From the NCBI GenBank assembly GCA_964447205.1, contig CAYUSB010000023.1:21614-85613 (forward strand): 64,000 nt of DNA, read 5' to 3'. The position numbers and the translations under genes were made by a program. The notes under the pieces are model-generated. The model did not search any database, had not been told where the DNA came from, and worked only from the letters and a program-made list of their open reading frames with translations. Shown one piece after another: positions 1 to 8,997 of this stretch. Position 1 is the stretch's first letter. Every line of letters starts with the position of its first letter. The DNA is from an uncultured Myxococcaceae bacterium (lineage in GTDB: Bacteria; Myxococcota_A; Polyangia; Polyangiales; Ga0077539).

Positions 1-231
1 TGGCCGCAGTTTGCGCCGCACTTCGTGTCGCAGACCCTGTTCCGGTTTGAGCTCAACGTGCGGGGGGCCGTGGTGCTCGGGCTGGTGGGGGCCCAGGGGA
101 TCGGGTTTCTCTTGCAGACGTACATGCGCGGGGCGGAGTACGCGAAGGTCACGGTGGTGATCGCGGCCATCGTGACCCTGGTGATGGCCCTCGACGCGGT
201 GAGCGCGCGGCTCCGTCGCGACGTGACCTGA
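1..231 (+). CDS. phnE: Phosphonate/phosphite ABC transporter permease, C-terminal part (5' end outside window)
   Basis: Frame 1 is open from base 1: WPQFAPHFVSQTLFRFELNVRGAVVLGLVGAQGIG..., matching the PhnE C-terminal pattern (FE.NVR.A.VLG.VGAGGIG). Stop TGA at 229-231. Confidence 0.85.
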   Translation, partial: WPQFAPHFVSQTLFRFELNVRGAVVLGLVGAQGIGFLLQTYMRGAEYAKVTVVIAAIVTLVMALDAVSARLRRDVT

Positions 232-390
232 AAGCCTGTAGATCAATGTCTCCCATCGGCCATGGCGCGATGCCCGTCGCGATGCGGCGTCGATGCACTT
301 CACCGCACATTCAGTGCGCTTTCAGTGCATCTCCTTGCCTCGCTCGGGCCTCCCGCCACGGCCTCGGTCCGACATTGATCTACAGTCTTT
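231..390. mobile_element. MITE-like or structured non-coding element with 20-bp terminal inverted repeats
   Basis: AAAGCCTGTAGATCAATGTC (231-250) and GACATTGATCTACAGTCTTT (371-390) are reverse complements with 1 mismatch. Internal nested hairpins: GATGCACT 292-299 / AGTGCATC 324-331 and CGCAC 304-308 / GTGCG 314-318. No credible ORF inside. Confidence 0.55.
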
Positions 391-440
391 GAGCGGAGGG
401 CGGGGACGAGGCCCTGCGCGGTTTGGGCGCCCGCCCCGTG

Positions 441-449
441 TGCTACCGT
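441..449 (+). promoter_or_regulatory. Candidate extended -10 element (TGcTACCGT) 7 nt before ATG 457; likely leaderless transcript
   Basis: TACCGT at 444-449 is preceded by TG, and there is no Shine-Dalgarno before the ATG. Confidence 0.4.
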
Positions 450-456
450 CGTCGAC

Positions 457-1272
457 ATGACGCTCGACCCGATCCGCGACGTCGTTCTGCCTCCGCTCCC
501 GCGTGCGCCCACCCAGGAAGCCTGGGACGCGATGACCCCGGCCCAACGTGTGGCCGCCGAGGAGGCCCTGCCGCTCAGCCTCCCAGTCGAGCACATCGTC
601 CACCGGGGGATGGCCGAGGGGGACGAACACAGCGAGACCCGCTTTGTGGTGCGCGACACGCTCCGTCGCTGGTTTCGTTCGCGCGAGCGCAACGTGTACG
701 TCGGCTCGGACATCGCGGTGTACTACCCCGGCGAGGAAATGGTGACCCCCGACGCCTTCGCGGTGCGCGACGTCCCCACCCACGACCGCCTGAGCTGGAT
801 GGTCTCCAAGGAGCGGAAGGGCGTCGAGTGGGCCTTCGAGGTGCTAATGCGCGGCAGCCGCGTCAAAGACCTCAAGAAGAACGTCGCCCGCTACGCCGCC
901 CTGGGCATGCTGGAGTACTTCGTGTTCGACCTCCGCACCCGGAGGATTCAGGCGTGGCGGCAGGCGTCCCCGGGGGTTCGGCAGTTTGTGCCCGTCGTGC
1001 CCGTGCAGGGGGCCTTCGCGTCGCAGGTGCTCGGGCTGGAGCTGCTGGTGGTGGGCCGCAAGGTGCGCTTCCGTCAGGGCACCTCGGAGCTGCTCACCAC
1101 CGACGACCTCATCGTGCGCCTGGAAGAGACCGTCGCCGAGCTCGCCGTGCGCGTCGAGGAGCAGGAGATCCGCGCCGAGGAGGAGGCCGCCCGGGCCGAG
1201 GGGCTGGAGCGCGAGCTGGCCGCGGTGCGCGAGGAGCTCGCCCGGCTACGCGGCCAGGGAGGCACCCCGTAG
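457..1272 (+). CDS. Uma2/DUF820 family putative restriction-endonuclease-fold protein with C-terminal coiled coil
   Basis: Motifs MAEGDEH, YVGSDIAVYY, TPDAFAVRDV, EWAFEVL, YAALGMLEYFVFD; tail rich in E/A/R (EEEAARAEGLERELAA). Confidence 0.85.
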   Translation: MTLDPIRDVVLPPLPRAPTQEAWDAMTPAQRVAAEEALPLSLPVEHIVHRGMAEGDEHSETRFVVRDTLRRWFRSRERNVYVGSDIAVYYPGEEMVTPDAFAVRDVPTHDRLSWMVSKERKGVEWAFEVLMRGSRVKDLKKNVARYAALGMLEYFVFDLRTRRIQAWRQASPGVRQFVPVVPVQGAFASQVLGLELLVVGRKVRFRQGTSELLTTDDLIVRLEETVAELAVRVEEQEIRAEEEAARAEGLERELAAVREELARLRGQGGTP

Positions 1273-1502
1273 CGGTGGGCTCGTCGCCTGGCTTGTGCAG
1301 GCCATGGCCCGTGCACGCCCCGTCGATTGCGTGAAGGAAGGGGGAGCCTCCCCGGACCCGATCCCTTCGATCCGACCTTCTGGTCGGCGCTCCAGGCATT
1401 GACCTGCACGGGCGCGTCCCTACCTTGGGCGCGGCGAGAGCGCCTTTTCAAGTCTACTCAGCGCGGAGAGGTACGATCGCCGAGCACTCCCGGAGATCGG
1501 CA

Positions 1503-2618
1503 ATGGCCCCTGACACAGACCTCTACGCCACGCTCGGCGTAAACAAGACAGCGACCGACGAGGAGATCCGCCGGAGCTATCGGAGGCTCGCGCGCAAGCA
1601 TCATCCCGACGTCAACCCGGGCAAGCCCGCGGCCGAGGAGACCTTCAAGCGCATCGCCGCAGCCTACGACGTGCTGTCCAACAAGGAGAAGCGCGCCCTG
1701 TACGATGAGTTTGGTACGGCGGGTCTGCAGGGCGGATTCGATCCAGAGCAGGCCCGGTCGTATCGCCGCTGGGCCGAGAGCCGCAAGGCGGGCCAGCGCG
1801 CGGGCGGCGAGGGCGAGGTCCCCTTCGACTTCGACCTGAGCGACCTGATGGGTCGCACGCGCGGGCGGCAGACCGACTTCCCCATCGCCGGCAAAGACCT
1901 GCTGGCCGAGGTTCAGCTCGACCTCGCGACCGCCCTGCGGGGCACCGAGCTTGAGCTGCGCGTGCCGACGCGCCACACCTGCGAGGTCTGCGCGGGGATG
2001 GGGGCCCAGCCCGGCTCAAAGCCCGTGGAGTGCCCCACCTGCCACGGCGCGGGCCGTACCCCGGTGGTGCTCGGCCCCATGCGGATGATGAGCACCTGTC
2101 CGCGCTGCGGCGGGGCCGGCATCGCTCGAGAGCCCTGCGCCGCGTGCCACGGCCAGGGATTCGTCACCGGCGAGCAGACCGTCAAGGTCCGCATCCCCCC
2201 GGGCGCCGACGAGGGCGACGAGCTGCGCGTCCGCGGCAAGGGAGAGCCCGGTCTCTTCGGCGGCGCACCCGGCGACGTCATCATCCGTACGCACGTCTCG
2301 CCGCACCCCCACTTTCAGCGCAACGGCCTCGACCTGACGGTCAAGCTCCCCATCACCCTCGGCGAAGCACGACGCGGGGGGCCGATCAGCGTGCCCACCC
2401 CCACGGGTCCCGTGCAGATGAAGGTGCCCGCCCGCACGCAGCAGGGCGCGCAGATGCGGCTCAAGGGCAAGGGCGTCGCCCGGGGGAAAGACCGCGGTGA
2501 CCTGTATGTGGTCCTGGAGGTGCGCCTGCCCGACAGCGACGACCCGGCCCTCACCGAGCTCCTGAACGAGACCGACCGCTTCTACGCCGACAACCTCCGC
2601 GACGGAGTCGAGTTATGA
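1503..2618 (+). CDS. J-domain co-chaperone (DnaJ/CbpA-like) with four CxxCxGxG zinc-finger motifs
   Basis: DLYATLGV...YRRLARKHHPDVNPG (HPD), CEVCAGMG/CPTCHGAG/CPRCGGAG/CAACHGQG, C-terminal VRIPPGADEG...GDLYV. ATG 1503 follows GGAG. Confidence 0.92.
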   Translation: MAPDTDLYATLGVNKTATDEEIRRSYRRLARKHHPDVNPGKPAAEETFKRIAAAYDVLSNKEKRALYDEFGTAGLQGGFDPEQARSYRRWAESRKAGQRAGGEGEVPFDFDLSDLMGRTRGRQTDFPIAGKDLLAEVQLDLATALRGTELELRVPTRHTCEVCAGMGAQPGSKPVECPTCHGAGRTPVVLGPMRMMSTCPRCGGAGIAREPCAACHGQGFVTGEQTVKVRIPPGADEGDELRVRGKGEPGLFGGAPGDVIIRTHVSPHPHFQRNGLDLTVKLPITLGEARRGGPISVPTPTGPVQMKVPARTQQGAQMRLKGKGVARGKDRGDLYVVLEVRLPDSDDPALTELLNETDRFYADNLRDGVEL

Positions 2619-2890
2619 GCCGCATCGTTCGCGCCACCATCCTGGGCGTACTCGACGGAGACGACGATCTCTATCAGCAGCTCTGCGCCCATGGTCTGCT
2701 GCCCGACGAGGAAGACGCGCTCGCCGAGCAGCACGTCGAGCTGGCGCGCGTCACCCAGACGTTGGTGCGCGAGCTCGAGGTCAACTGGGCCGGGGTCGAG
2801 ATCGTGCTGCGGATGCGCACCGAGCTCATCGAGAGCAGGCGGCAGGTCGCCGAGCTGCTCCGTGTGCTGCAGGCCCAACACGAACCGTGA
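2615..2890 (+). CDS. CbpM-like chaperone modulator (MerR-like HTH)
   Basis: 91 aa, overlaps the J-protein stop (ATGA); VELARVTQTLVRELEVNWAGVEIVLRM resembles CbpM RL..DL.VN..G...L.L. Confidence 0.7.
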   Translation: MSRIVRATILGVLDGDDDLYQQLCAHGLLPDEEDALAEQHVELARVTQTLVRELEVNWAGVEIVLRMRTELIESRRQVAELLRVLQAQHEP

Positions 2891-3028
2891 GGCCTCGCCC
2901 CGCCGCCCTGCCCCTGCAACGCCGCGCCCGGTCGACCGCGTGTCAGGCCCTTGTCCCGCGGGCTCGAAGTCTGCCAGTGTCGTAGGGCCCTCTTCCCCAC
3001 CGCCCCTCATTCCCCCGAGGCAGCGCCC

Positions 3029-4000
3029 ATGCGTACCACGATCGTCGTCTGCGTCTCCGCGCTCCTGCTCTCCTGCTCGGCCAACGAGACGCCGGGCTTC
3101 GCCCCGGAGCCCGACGCCGGGGGTGCTCCGCACGACGTGGGCCACCACGCGGGACACGACGCGGGAGCAGGGAGCGACGTGCTGCGGCCCGTGCCCATTC
3201 GCGACGCCGGGAGCGCGAGCCGTTGCAGCGAGGCGGCCCAACTCGTGTACGTGCTCTCCGACGCCAACGACCTCTACAGCTTTCGCCCCAACCTCCGGCA
3301 GTTTACGCGCATCGGGCGGCTGCGTTGCCCCACGACCGCGCAGCCCAACTCCATGGCCATCGACCGCGACGCGGTGGCCTGGGTCAACTACGTCGACAAC
3401 GCCGTCTTCGACACCGGGGGATCCCTCTATCGGGTGAGCACCGCCGACGCGAGCTGCATCGCGGCCGCCCCCGTCCCTTTGCCCGCAGGGTGGTTTCGCC
3501 TGGGCATGGGCTTCTCCACCGCGAGCGCCGACGACACCCAGGAGACCCTCTTCGTGACGGCCACCGCCGACCCCCTCCGCGGACCGAGCCCGGGCCTCGG
3601 GCGCATCGACCCGCAGGCCCTCACCGGGACCCCCATCGGCCCGTTCTCGGGCGCGTTCCGTGGACAGAGCGCCGAGCTCACCGGCACCGGCGACGGCAGG
3701 CTCTACGGCTTCTTCACCACCACCCCCGTGCAGGTGGCCCAGATCGACAAGACCTCGGGCACGATCCTCGACGCGCGGCCCCTCCCCGGCGTCGAGACGC
3801 CGCAGGCGTGGGCCTTCTCGTTCTGGGGCGGCGACTTCTATCTGTATACCGCCCCGTCGGCCCTCGTCGGCCGCACCACCAACGTCACGCGGTACCGCCC
3901 CTCCGACGGCTCGATCGACCCCGCCTACATGACCAACATCGGCTTCCGCGTGGTCGGGGCGGGGGTGTCCACCTGCGCGCCCATCGAGGCCCCGCCGTAG
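3029..4000 (+). CDS. Secreted lipoprotein, probable beta-propeller (myxobacterial type)
   Basis: Lipobox LLLSC, PDAG linker, repeated beta-strand/turn units (LYSFRP, SMAIDR, AELTGTGDGRLYGFF, FSFWGGDFYLYT). Confidence 0.65.
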   Translation: MRTTIVVCVSALLLSCSANETPGFAPEPDAGGAPHDVGHHAGHDAGAGSDVLRPVPIRDAGSASRCSEAAQLVYVLSDANDLYSFRPNLRQFTRIGRLRCPTTAQPNSMAIDRDAVAWVNYVDNAVFDTGGSLYRVSTADASCIAAAPVPLPAGWFRLGMGFSTASADDTQETLFVTATADPLRGPSPGLGRIDPQALTGTPIGPFSGAFRGQSAELTGTGDGRLYGFFTTTPVQVAQIDKTSGTILDARPLPGVETPQAWAFSFWGGDFYLYTAPSALVGRTTNVTRYRPSDGSIDPAYMTNIGFRVVGAGVSTCAPIEAPP

Positions 4001-4037
4001 GCCAGGGACGGACCAGTCCGCTGCCGTCGGGCCGCCC

Positions 4038-6254
4038 CTACTCCCCGCGCAGGAGCCGCCGTCGGCGCTGCTCCTCGTAGAGCGACGGGGGGTAGAGGGT
4101 CGCGCCCATGCCGACGCCCTCCACGAAGTCCGCGGGGGCCCCCGGGTCGAGGGTGGACCAGTAGGTGTTGGTGACCACCCGGGTCACGACGCCGTTGCCC
4201 GGACCCGAGGTGCCGATGGCGTAGCCCCAACCAAACTGCGCGGTCTCGATGGCGAAGCCCGCGGAGAAGCCTTGCCCCGCGAGGCGGGTGAGGGGGTGGG
4301 TGGCGACGACCCGGGTGTTCCAGAAGACGGTCTGGGTGGCGGTGAAGCCGGCCCCGCTGCTGGTGGCCCCGCGGTTGACGGCCTGGAGCCACGCGCGGTC
4401 GAGGGTGGTCGCGTCGTACAGGTTGGCCTGCGCGAGCAGCCGGTGCGAGTCGTCGGAGTACCGCGACGTGACGCTTCGGGCGCGGAGGAGCACGTTGCCG
4501 CTGGAGGCGATGTGCGCCGTGATGAAGTTGTGCCGGCCGTCGCTGGCGGTGTCGTCGACGAGCAGGTTGTCGTCGCCCTCCACCCAGAAGAGGTACCCGT
4601 TGCCGCCGCCCCCGCGGTACTGCGGCCGCCCGAAGCTGCATCGCTCCACCGTCACGCGGTGCGTGCCCGCGGTGAGAAACATCGCGCTCGACAGCACGTG
4701 CGCCCCCGAGGTGTTGCCCTGCGGCGAGAAGGTCTCGACGCGGTACAACCACGCGTCGGCGGTGGCGTCCACGCGCACGCCCACCGACCCGTGCACCGCA
4801 TACGCCGCCGTCCCTGCGACGGTGTACCCGCTGTCGGCGCTGTCGCCGAGGCGACCGGGCGTCGCGGTCGTGCTGGTGGGGTGTTCGCGCATGCCGAAGG
4901 CGAGGTCTTCGACGCCCACGTCGGTGAGGTACCCCCTGGGGCGGATGACGCGCGCGTTGTCTCGGGCGAGCACGCGGTAACGCGTCGGCGCGTCGAGGGT
5001 GATGGTGCCCGCCCCGACGTCGACCGACGCGACGCGGCGGGGATAGAGCAGCCCCTGCGCGGTGGAGGCGGGCCACAGGGCGGTGCCCATCATCGTGCTG
5101 TTCATGCGGTGTTCGACGCGGAAGTCTTCGGTCACGTCGGTGCGCACGGCCACGAAGTCGCCCGGGGCGAAGTCGGCCGCTCCGGCGACGGAGACGGTGC
5201 GCGTCGGGGCGGTGATGTCGCGGGTGATGGGGGCCTCGTTGCCGCCCGCCCAGACATTGTACGAGCGCGACGCGATGCGCAGCAGGGCGCGGCTGCGGGC
5301 GTTGACGGCGTCGTCGAGGAGGAGCCGGGTCATCGCGGGGCCGGCGCCGCGTAGCACCACCCGCGAGCACACGATGCGCAGGGCGGGGTCGGTGGCGGGG
5401 GTGGCCGTCGGGAAGCGCAGGAGGAAGGTTCCGGCGGGCAGGAGGACCACGCGCAGACCGGTGGCGGTGGAGGCGCAGGCCGCGTCGAGGGCTGCTTGAA
5501 TCGCCGCGGTGGCGTCGCGCCGACCGTCGCCCAGGGACGCCTCGACGGTGCGCACGACGGCCCCCGTGCCGTACGGCGGACGCTCGCCGCGGCGGTAGCC
5601 CGCGAAGGAGAAATCGTGGAGGAAGCGCCCCATCGTATCGGCCCGGCCGCCCGCGTGCAGGGGTCGCCAGTCGTCGGGAAAGAGCGCGCTGCGCCACGCA
5701 CCCGGCGCCGCGTCGGGGCCCGGCACGTCGGCCCGGGCGTCGGTGGGTACATCCATGGGGACGTCCATCCGGGCGTCGGTGGGCACGTCCATGGGGACGT
5801 CCATCCGGGCGTCGGTGGGTACGTCCGTCCGGGCGTCCATCGCCGCGTCTGCACGCGCGTCGGTGGGCGCATCGCTGCGCGCGTCCATCGGCACGTCCGC
5901 GCGGGCGTCGAGGCCGACGTCTTCGCCCGCGTCGAGGCCGACGTCTTCGCCCGCGTCGAAGCCGACGTCCTCGGGCGCGACGGGCGTGTCGGGCGTGTCG
6001 TCGGGACCGCCCGCGTCGAAGCCGACGTCCTCGGGCGCGACGGGCGTGTCGTCGGGACCGCCCGCGTCTACGGGGAGGGACGGAACATCTGCGGGCGTCG
6101 GCGTGCCTGCGTCGTCGTGGCTGGCGTCGTCGGGCCCGGCCTCGGCGACGACGTCCTCGGCAGGGGATGTGCCCGCGTCGTCGGTGGCCCCAGGGCCAGG
6201 ATCGCCGCACGCGGTGAGGAGAGAGACGCCCAGGAGCCACACGCGAGGTCGCAT
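4038..6254 (-). CDS. Lipoprotein with repeat linker and pectate-lyase-3/GH55-like right-handed beta-helix domain
   Basis: Lipobox LLTAC; DAG/MDVP repeat linker; GRFLHDFSFAGYRRGE, DATAAIQAALD, VVLLPAGTF, VVLRGAGP, YRGGGGNGY, GRHN motifs typical of beta-helix glycan lyases/hydrolases. Confidence 0.7.
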   Translation of the reverse strand: MRPRVWLLGVSLLTACGDPGPGATDDAGTSPAEDVVAEAGPDDASHDDAGTPTPADVPSLPVDAGGPDDTPVAPEDVGFDAGGPDDTPDTPVAPEDVGFDAGEDVGLDAGEDVGLDARADVPMDARSDAPTDARADAAMDARTDVPTDARMDVPMDVPTDARMDVPMDVPTDARADVPGPDAAPGAWRSALFPDDWRPLHAGGRADTMGRFLHDFSFAGYRRGERPPYGTGAVVRTVEASLGDGRRDATAAIQAALDAACASTATGLRVVLLPAGTFLLRFPTATPATDPALRIVCSRVVLRGAGPAMTRLLLDDAVNARSRALLRIASRSYNVWAGGNEAPITRDITAPTRTVSVAGAADFAPGDFVAVRTDVTEDFRVEHRMNSTMMGTALWPASTAQGLLYPRRVASVDVGAGTITLDAPTRYRVLARDNARVIRPRGYLTDVGVEDLAFGMREHPTSTTATPGRLGDSADSGYTVAGTAAYAVHGSVGVRVDATADAWLYRVETFSPQGNTSGAHVLSSAMFLTAGTHRVTVERCSFGRPQYRGGGGNGYLFWVEGDDNLLVDDTASDGRHNFITAHIASSGNVLLRARSVTSRYSDDSHRLLAQANLYDATTLDRAWLQAVNRGATSSGAGFTATQTVFWNTRVVATHPLTRLAGQGFSAGFAIETAQFGWGYAIGTSGPGNGVVTRVVTNTYWSTLDPGAPADFVEGVGMGATLYPPSLYEEQRRRRLLRGE
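5725..6075 (-). repeat. Intragenic tandem repeats encoding the linker (MDVPMDVPTDAR, EDVGLDAG, DAGGPDDTPVAP units)
   Basis: Repeated blocks such as CGGGCGTCGGTGGG..ACGTCCAT and CGTCGA(G/A)GCCGACGTC are visible; boundaries approximate. Confidence 0.8.
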
Positions 6255-6354
6255 CGTGCGAGCCTATCCCAGCCGTGCGGGGCCGTCACCGCGGAGGATG
6301 GGCCGGGGCAGGGGCTGCATCGGCTTCGCGTGGGGGAGCGGAGGCGCGCGAGGT

Positions 6355-6870
6355 TCAGGGGGTGTAGGGCACGATCGACCACTGCTGGCCGGTGACGTTG
6401 CTGCAGGGGCGCAGCTCCGCCTGGTTGTTGCGAGGGCCGCCGTTGACCACGTCGAGGCACATCCGCGGGCCCCGAAAGGCCGTGGAGAGGCGGTAGAAGC
6501 CCTGGGGCATCCGCCGCAAGCGCCACTGCTGGCCGGTGAGGTTGCCGCAGGGGCGCAGCTCGACCTGGTTGTTGCGGGGACCGCCGTTGACCACGTCGAG
6601 GCACAGGTTGGGGCCGCGGAAGGCCGTGGTGAGCGATACGTAGCCGTTGGCCTGGGGCTGCATCAACCACTGCTGGCCGGTGAAGTTGCCGCTGGCCGAG
6701 AGCTGGAGCTGGTTGCCGTTGGGGCCGCCGTTGATCACGTCGAGGCTCATCGCCGGGCCGCGAAACTGGGTGAAGAGACGCTGCGGGCCGCGGGTCGGCT
6801 GCGCGTGGGCGACCGCGGCCGCCGAGAGCACGGCGAGGAGGAGAGAGGCGGGGCGGGGCGGGAGGTTCAT
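6355..6870 (-). CDS. Secreted ricin-B/beta-trefoil lectin, three near-identical subdomains
   Basis: Signal peptide, then 3x (..STAFRGP..CLDVVNGGP.NNQ.EL.PC.N.TGQQW) with QxW motifs. Confidence 0.88.
   Translation of the reverse strand: MNLPPRPASLLLAVLSAAAVAHAQPTRGPQRLFTQFRGPAMSLDVINGGPNGNQLQLSASGNFTGQQWLMQPQANGYVSLTTAFRGPNLCLDVVNGGPRNNQVELRPCGNLTGQQWRLRRMPQGFYRLSTAFRGPRMCLDVVNGGPRNNQAELRPCSNVTGQQWSIVPYTP
6379..6790 (-). repeat. Three ~144-bp intragenic direct repeats in the lectin gene
   Basis: CCACTGCTGGCCGGTGA recurs at 6379, 6523 and 6667 (period 144 nt). Confidence 0.85.
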
Positions 6871-7036
6871 GGTTGGGTCCTCGTGGGTGCGGCATCGTGG
6901 CCGCGTCGGGCGCGGATCAGAACGCCACGCGGGACCTTCGTCAAGAGGGTTGTCCGTCGATGGTCGCCCGGGAAGGTCCCAAAGTAGCCGTGGTCTGTCT
7001 CAGACGCAGCGACGCTGGCATAGACTCGCGTCCGCC

Positions 7037-7771
7037 GTGATCCACGCCACCGTCCACAAGGTCCTCCGTCGTCACCTCGGGCCGAAGGCGCCGAGCCAGG
7101 GGCCGCCGATCGTCGTGGGCGCCGACGCGTACGACACGGTCTGCGCGGAGGTGCGCGCGCGTCTCGGCGCGATGGAAGGGGTCGACTTCAATCCGGACGA
7201 GCTGCGCCCCACACGGGCCGACAAGTGGTCGATCACGATCCGTGTTCGGGACGCCAGCGAGCAGAGCAGCTGGCGAGCGTACGTGCCTCTCTCGATCTGG
7301 CGCGGCCCCGCGGGCGAACTCCGGCTCGACGCCCTGGACTGGGGCGGGCAGGATCGAGGCTACGTGCTCCACGATTTCGACCTGCTCGTGCCCATCGTAC
7401 GCGAGCTCCACGCCGAGGGCGAGGCCGCCGCCCTCCGCGCCAAGAAACGCGGCAAGCTCCAGAACCTGAAGGAGCTCGCGCTCCGCGCGGCCATCGACGC
7501 GTTCGCGCGCGAGGACGGCATGACGTACGGCGTGATCCGGACCGGACACCGCGTGCGGTTGCTCGTCCGGCTCAGCGACGACTGGATCCTCGACGTGAGC
7601 GGGACGCTCGTCCAGGCCGAGCAGACCCTGAAAGAACTCCGTCAGCTCGTCGCCGCGGCGCGTGTGTGCCATGACGTGGGCCTGTCGTTTCACACGAGCT
7701 CGGCGTCGAAGCGGAGGTACCACCGCGTGACCTGGGTGACGCCGCCCAAACCCGAGGAGGGAGAGCCCTGA
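7037..7771 (+). CDS. Hypothetical protein
   Basis: 3' part of the 6647-7771 ORF has coding-like composition from GTG 7037 (MIHATVHKVLRRHLG...); no family recognised; start uncertain. Confidence 0.55.
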   Translation: MIHATVHKVLRRHLGPKAPSQGPPIVVGADAYDTVCAEVRARLGAMEGVDFNPDELRPTRADKWSITIRVRDASEQSSWRAYVPLSIWRGPAGELRLDALDWGGQDRGYVLHDFDLLVPIVRELHAEGEAAALRAKKRGKLQNLKELALRAAIDAFAREDGMTYGVIRTGHRVRLLVRLSDDWILDVSGTLVQAEQTLKELRQLVAAARVCHDVGLSFHTSSASKRRYHRVTWVTPPKPEEGEP

Positions 7772-7800
7772 GCCTCTGCGGCGCCCGCGCGTGCTGCGCC

Positions 7801-8997
7801 TCAAGCCTCGAGGAAGGAGGTCCGCCCGAGCGCAGAGAGCGCGGCGCGTTGGGCCCTCCACGCGCGCTCGTTGGTGAACAGCCACGCGAGCCGAGCCCGC
7901 GAGCGCTTGGGGGGAGCGGGGGTCGGTGCCTCGCCGTCGGTGTAGAGGATGACGCCGTCGTACTCGGGGTGCAGGTCGAGGTAGTCGACGACGGGCTGGA
8001 AGCTCGTGCCTCCGCGCCCGAGGACTCGAATCTCGCGGCGGGCGCGCGTCATCGAGAGGGCCTCGCCCCGCACCGCGGTGTCAAACTGGATGACATCGAT
8101 CTGCTCGACGGCGTGGGCGAAGAGGCGATTGATGGCCGCGAGCCCCACGGCGAGCTCGCGCGAGCCCATGGAGCCGCTCACGTCGATGGCGACGAGGAGG
8201 CGGCTCCGGAGCGCGTAACGCGAGCCCATCGCCCCGAAGCCGTAGCGCCGTGAGGGGCGCATCCGGGTGAGGTACCGCGTGCGCGAGACGATGCTCGTGC
8301 GAAAGGCGCGCAGGATCTCCGTGAAATGCACGCGGGGTCGCTGGGCGGCGAGGATGCGCTCGCGGAGGCGGGCCCCGAGCGTTCCCCAGGTCTGGCTGGC
8401 CTCGACGTTGGCGACCTCGGCGCGGAGCTGCTCGAGCAGGAGGTCGTCCTGGTCCCAATCGCGGGCGGCGTCTCGCCCCCCGTCGCGTGGGGCGACGTAG
8501 GGGAGGAGGGCCTCGGCCGCGTCGTCGGTCGCGCCGTCTGCACCACCACCACCACCCTGGCTGGCTCCGACGGCGCGCGAGGTCTCCGCTTCGAGGAGCG
8601 CGTAGTAGCGCTCGAAGGTCTGGTCGTCGTGGGCGCGATCGCCGAACACGACCCGGGCACGGAGGAAGGGCGGCGGGGCGCGCAGGCACTCGGCGATCGC
8701 GATGCTCGAGGCGAGCCAGGCCTGCTCGGGGCGCGGCTTCTTGCGGAGATACGGGTGACCGAGCACGATCCGGAGGGCCTCGCCCTGGAGCACGAGGGAG
8801 AGCGCACGATCGTCCAGGCGATCGACGAAACCAGGGTTGATCTCGACACGCCCGCCGCCCACGCGCGCGGTCTCCACCGAGGGCGCGAGCACGAGGCGGT
8901 GCGTGGCCCACACCGCAAACAGCAGGGGCTCCACGAGGAACCACCGATCGAGCTCCCGCGAGATCCGCGCGCTGGCCGAGAGGCGCCGCGCGCTCAT
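7801..8997 (-). CDS. VWA-like domain protein (DUF2201-type: peptidase-like N-terminus plus VWA)
   Basis: C-terminal IDVSGSM (MIDAS DxSxS), GRGGTSF, LYTDG; N-terminal INP.F..L..LQGEALRIVLGH; ATG overlaps the MoxR stop. Confidence 0.82.
   Translation of the reverse strand: MSARRLSASARISRELDRWFLVEPLLFAVWATHRLVLAPSVETARVGGGRVEINPGFVDRLDDRALSLVLQGEALRIVLGHPYLRKKPRPEQAWLASSIAIAECLRAPPPFLRARVVFGDRAHDDQTFERYYALLEAETSRAVGASQGGGGGADGATDDAAEALLPYVAPRDGGRDAARDWDQDDLLLEQLRAEVANVEASQTWGTLGARLRERILAAQRPRVHFTEILRAFRTSIVSRTRYLTRMRPSRRYGFGAMGSRYALRSRLLVAIDVSGSMGSRELAVGLAAINRLFAHAVEQIDVIQFDTAVRGEALSMTRARREIRVLGRGGTSFQPVVDYLDLHPEYDGVILYTDGEAPTPAPPKRSRARLAWLFTNERAWRAQRAALSALGRTSFLEA

Noticed and set aside
1399-1490. 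CIRCE or HAIR heat-shock operator upstream of the J-protein
   Set aside because: Neither TTAGCACTC-N9-GAGTGCTAA nor CTTGAGT-N7-ACTCAAG is present; only weak sigma-70-like hexamers (TTGACC/TACCTT, TACGAT).
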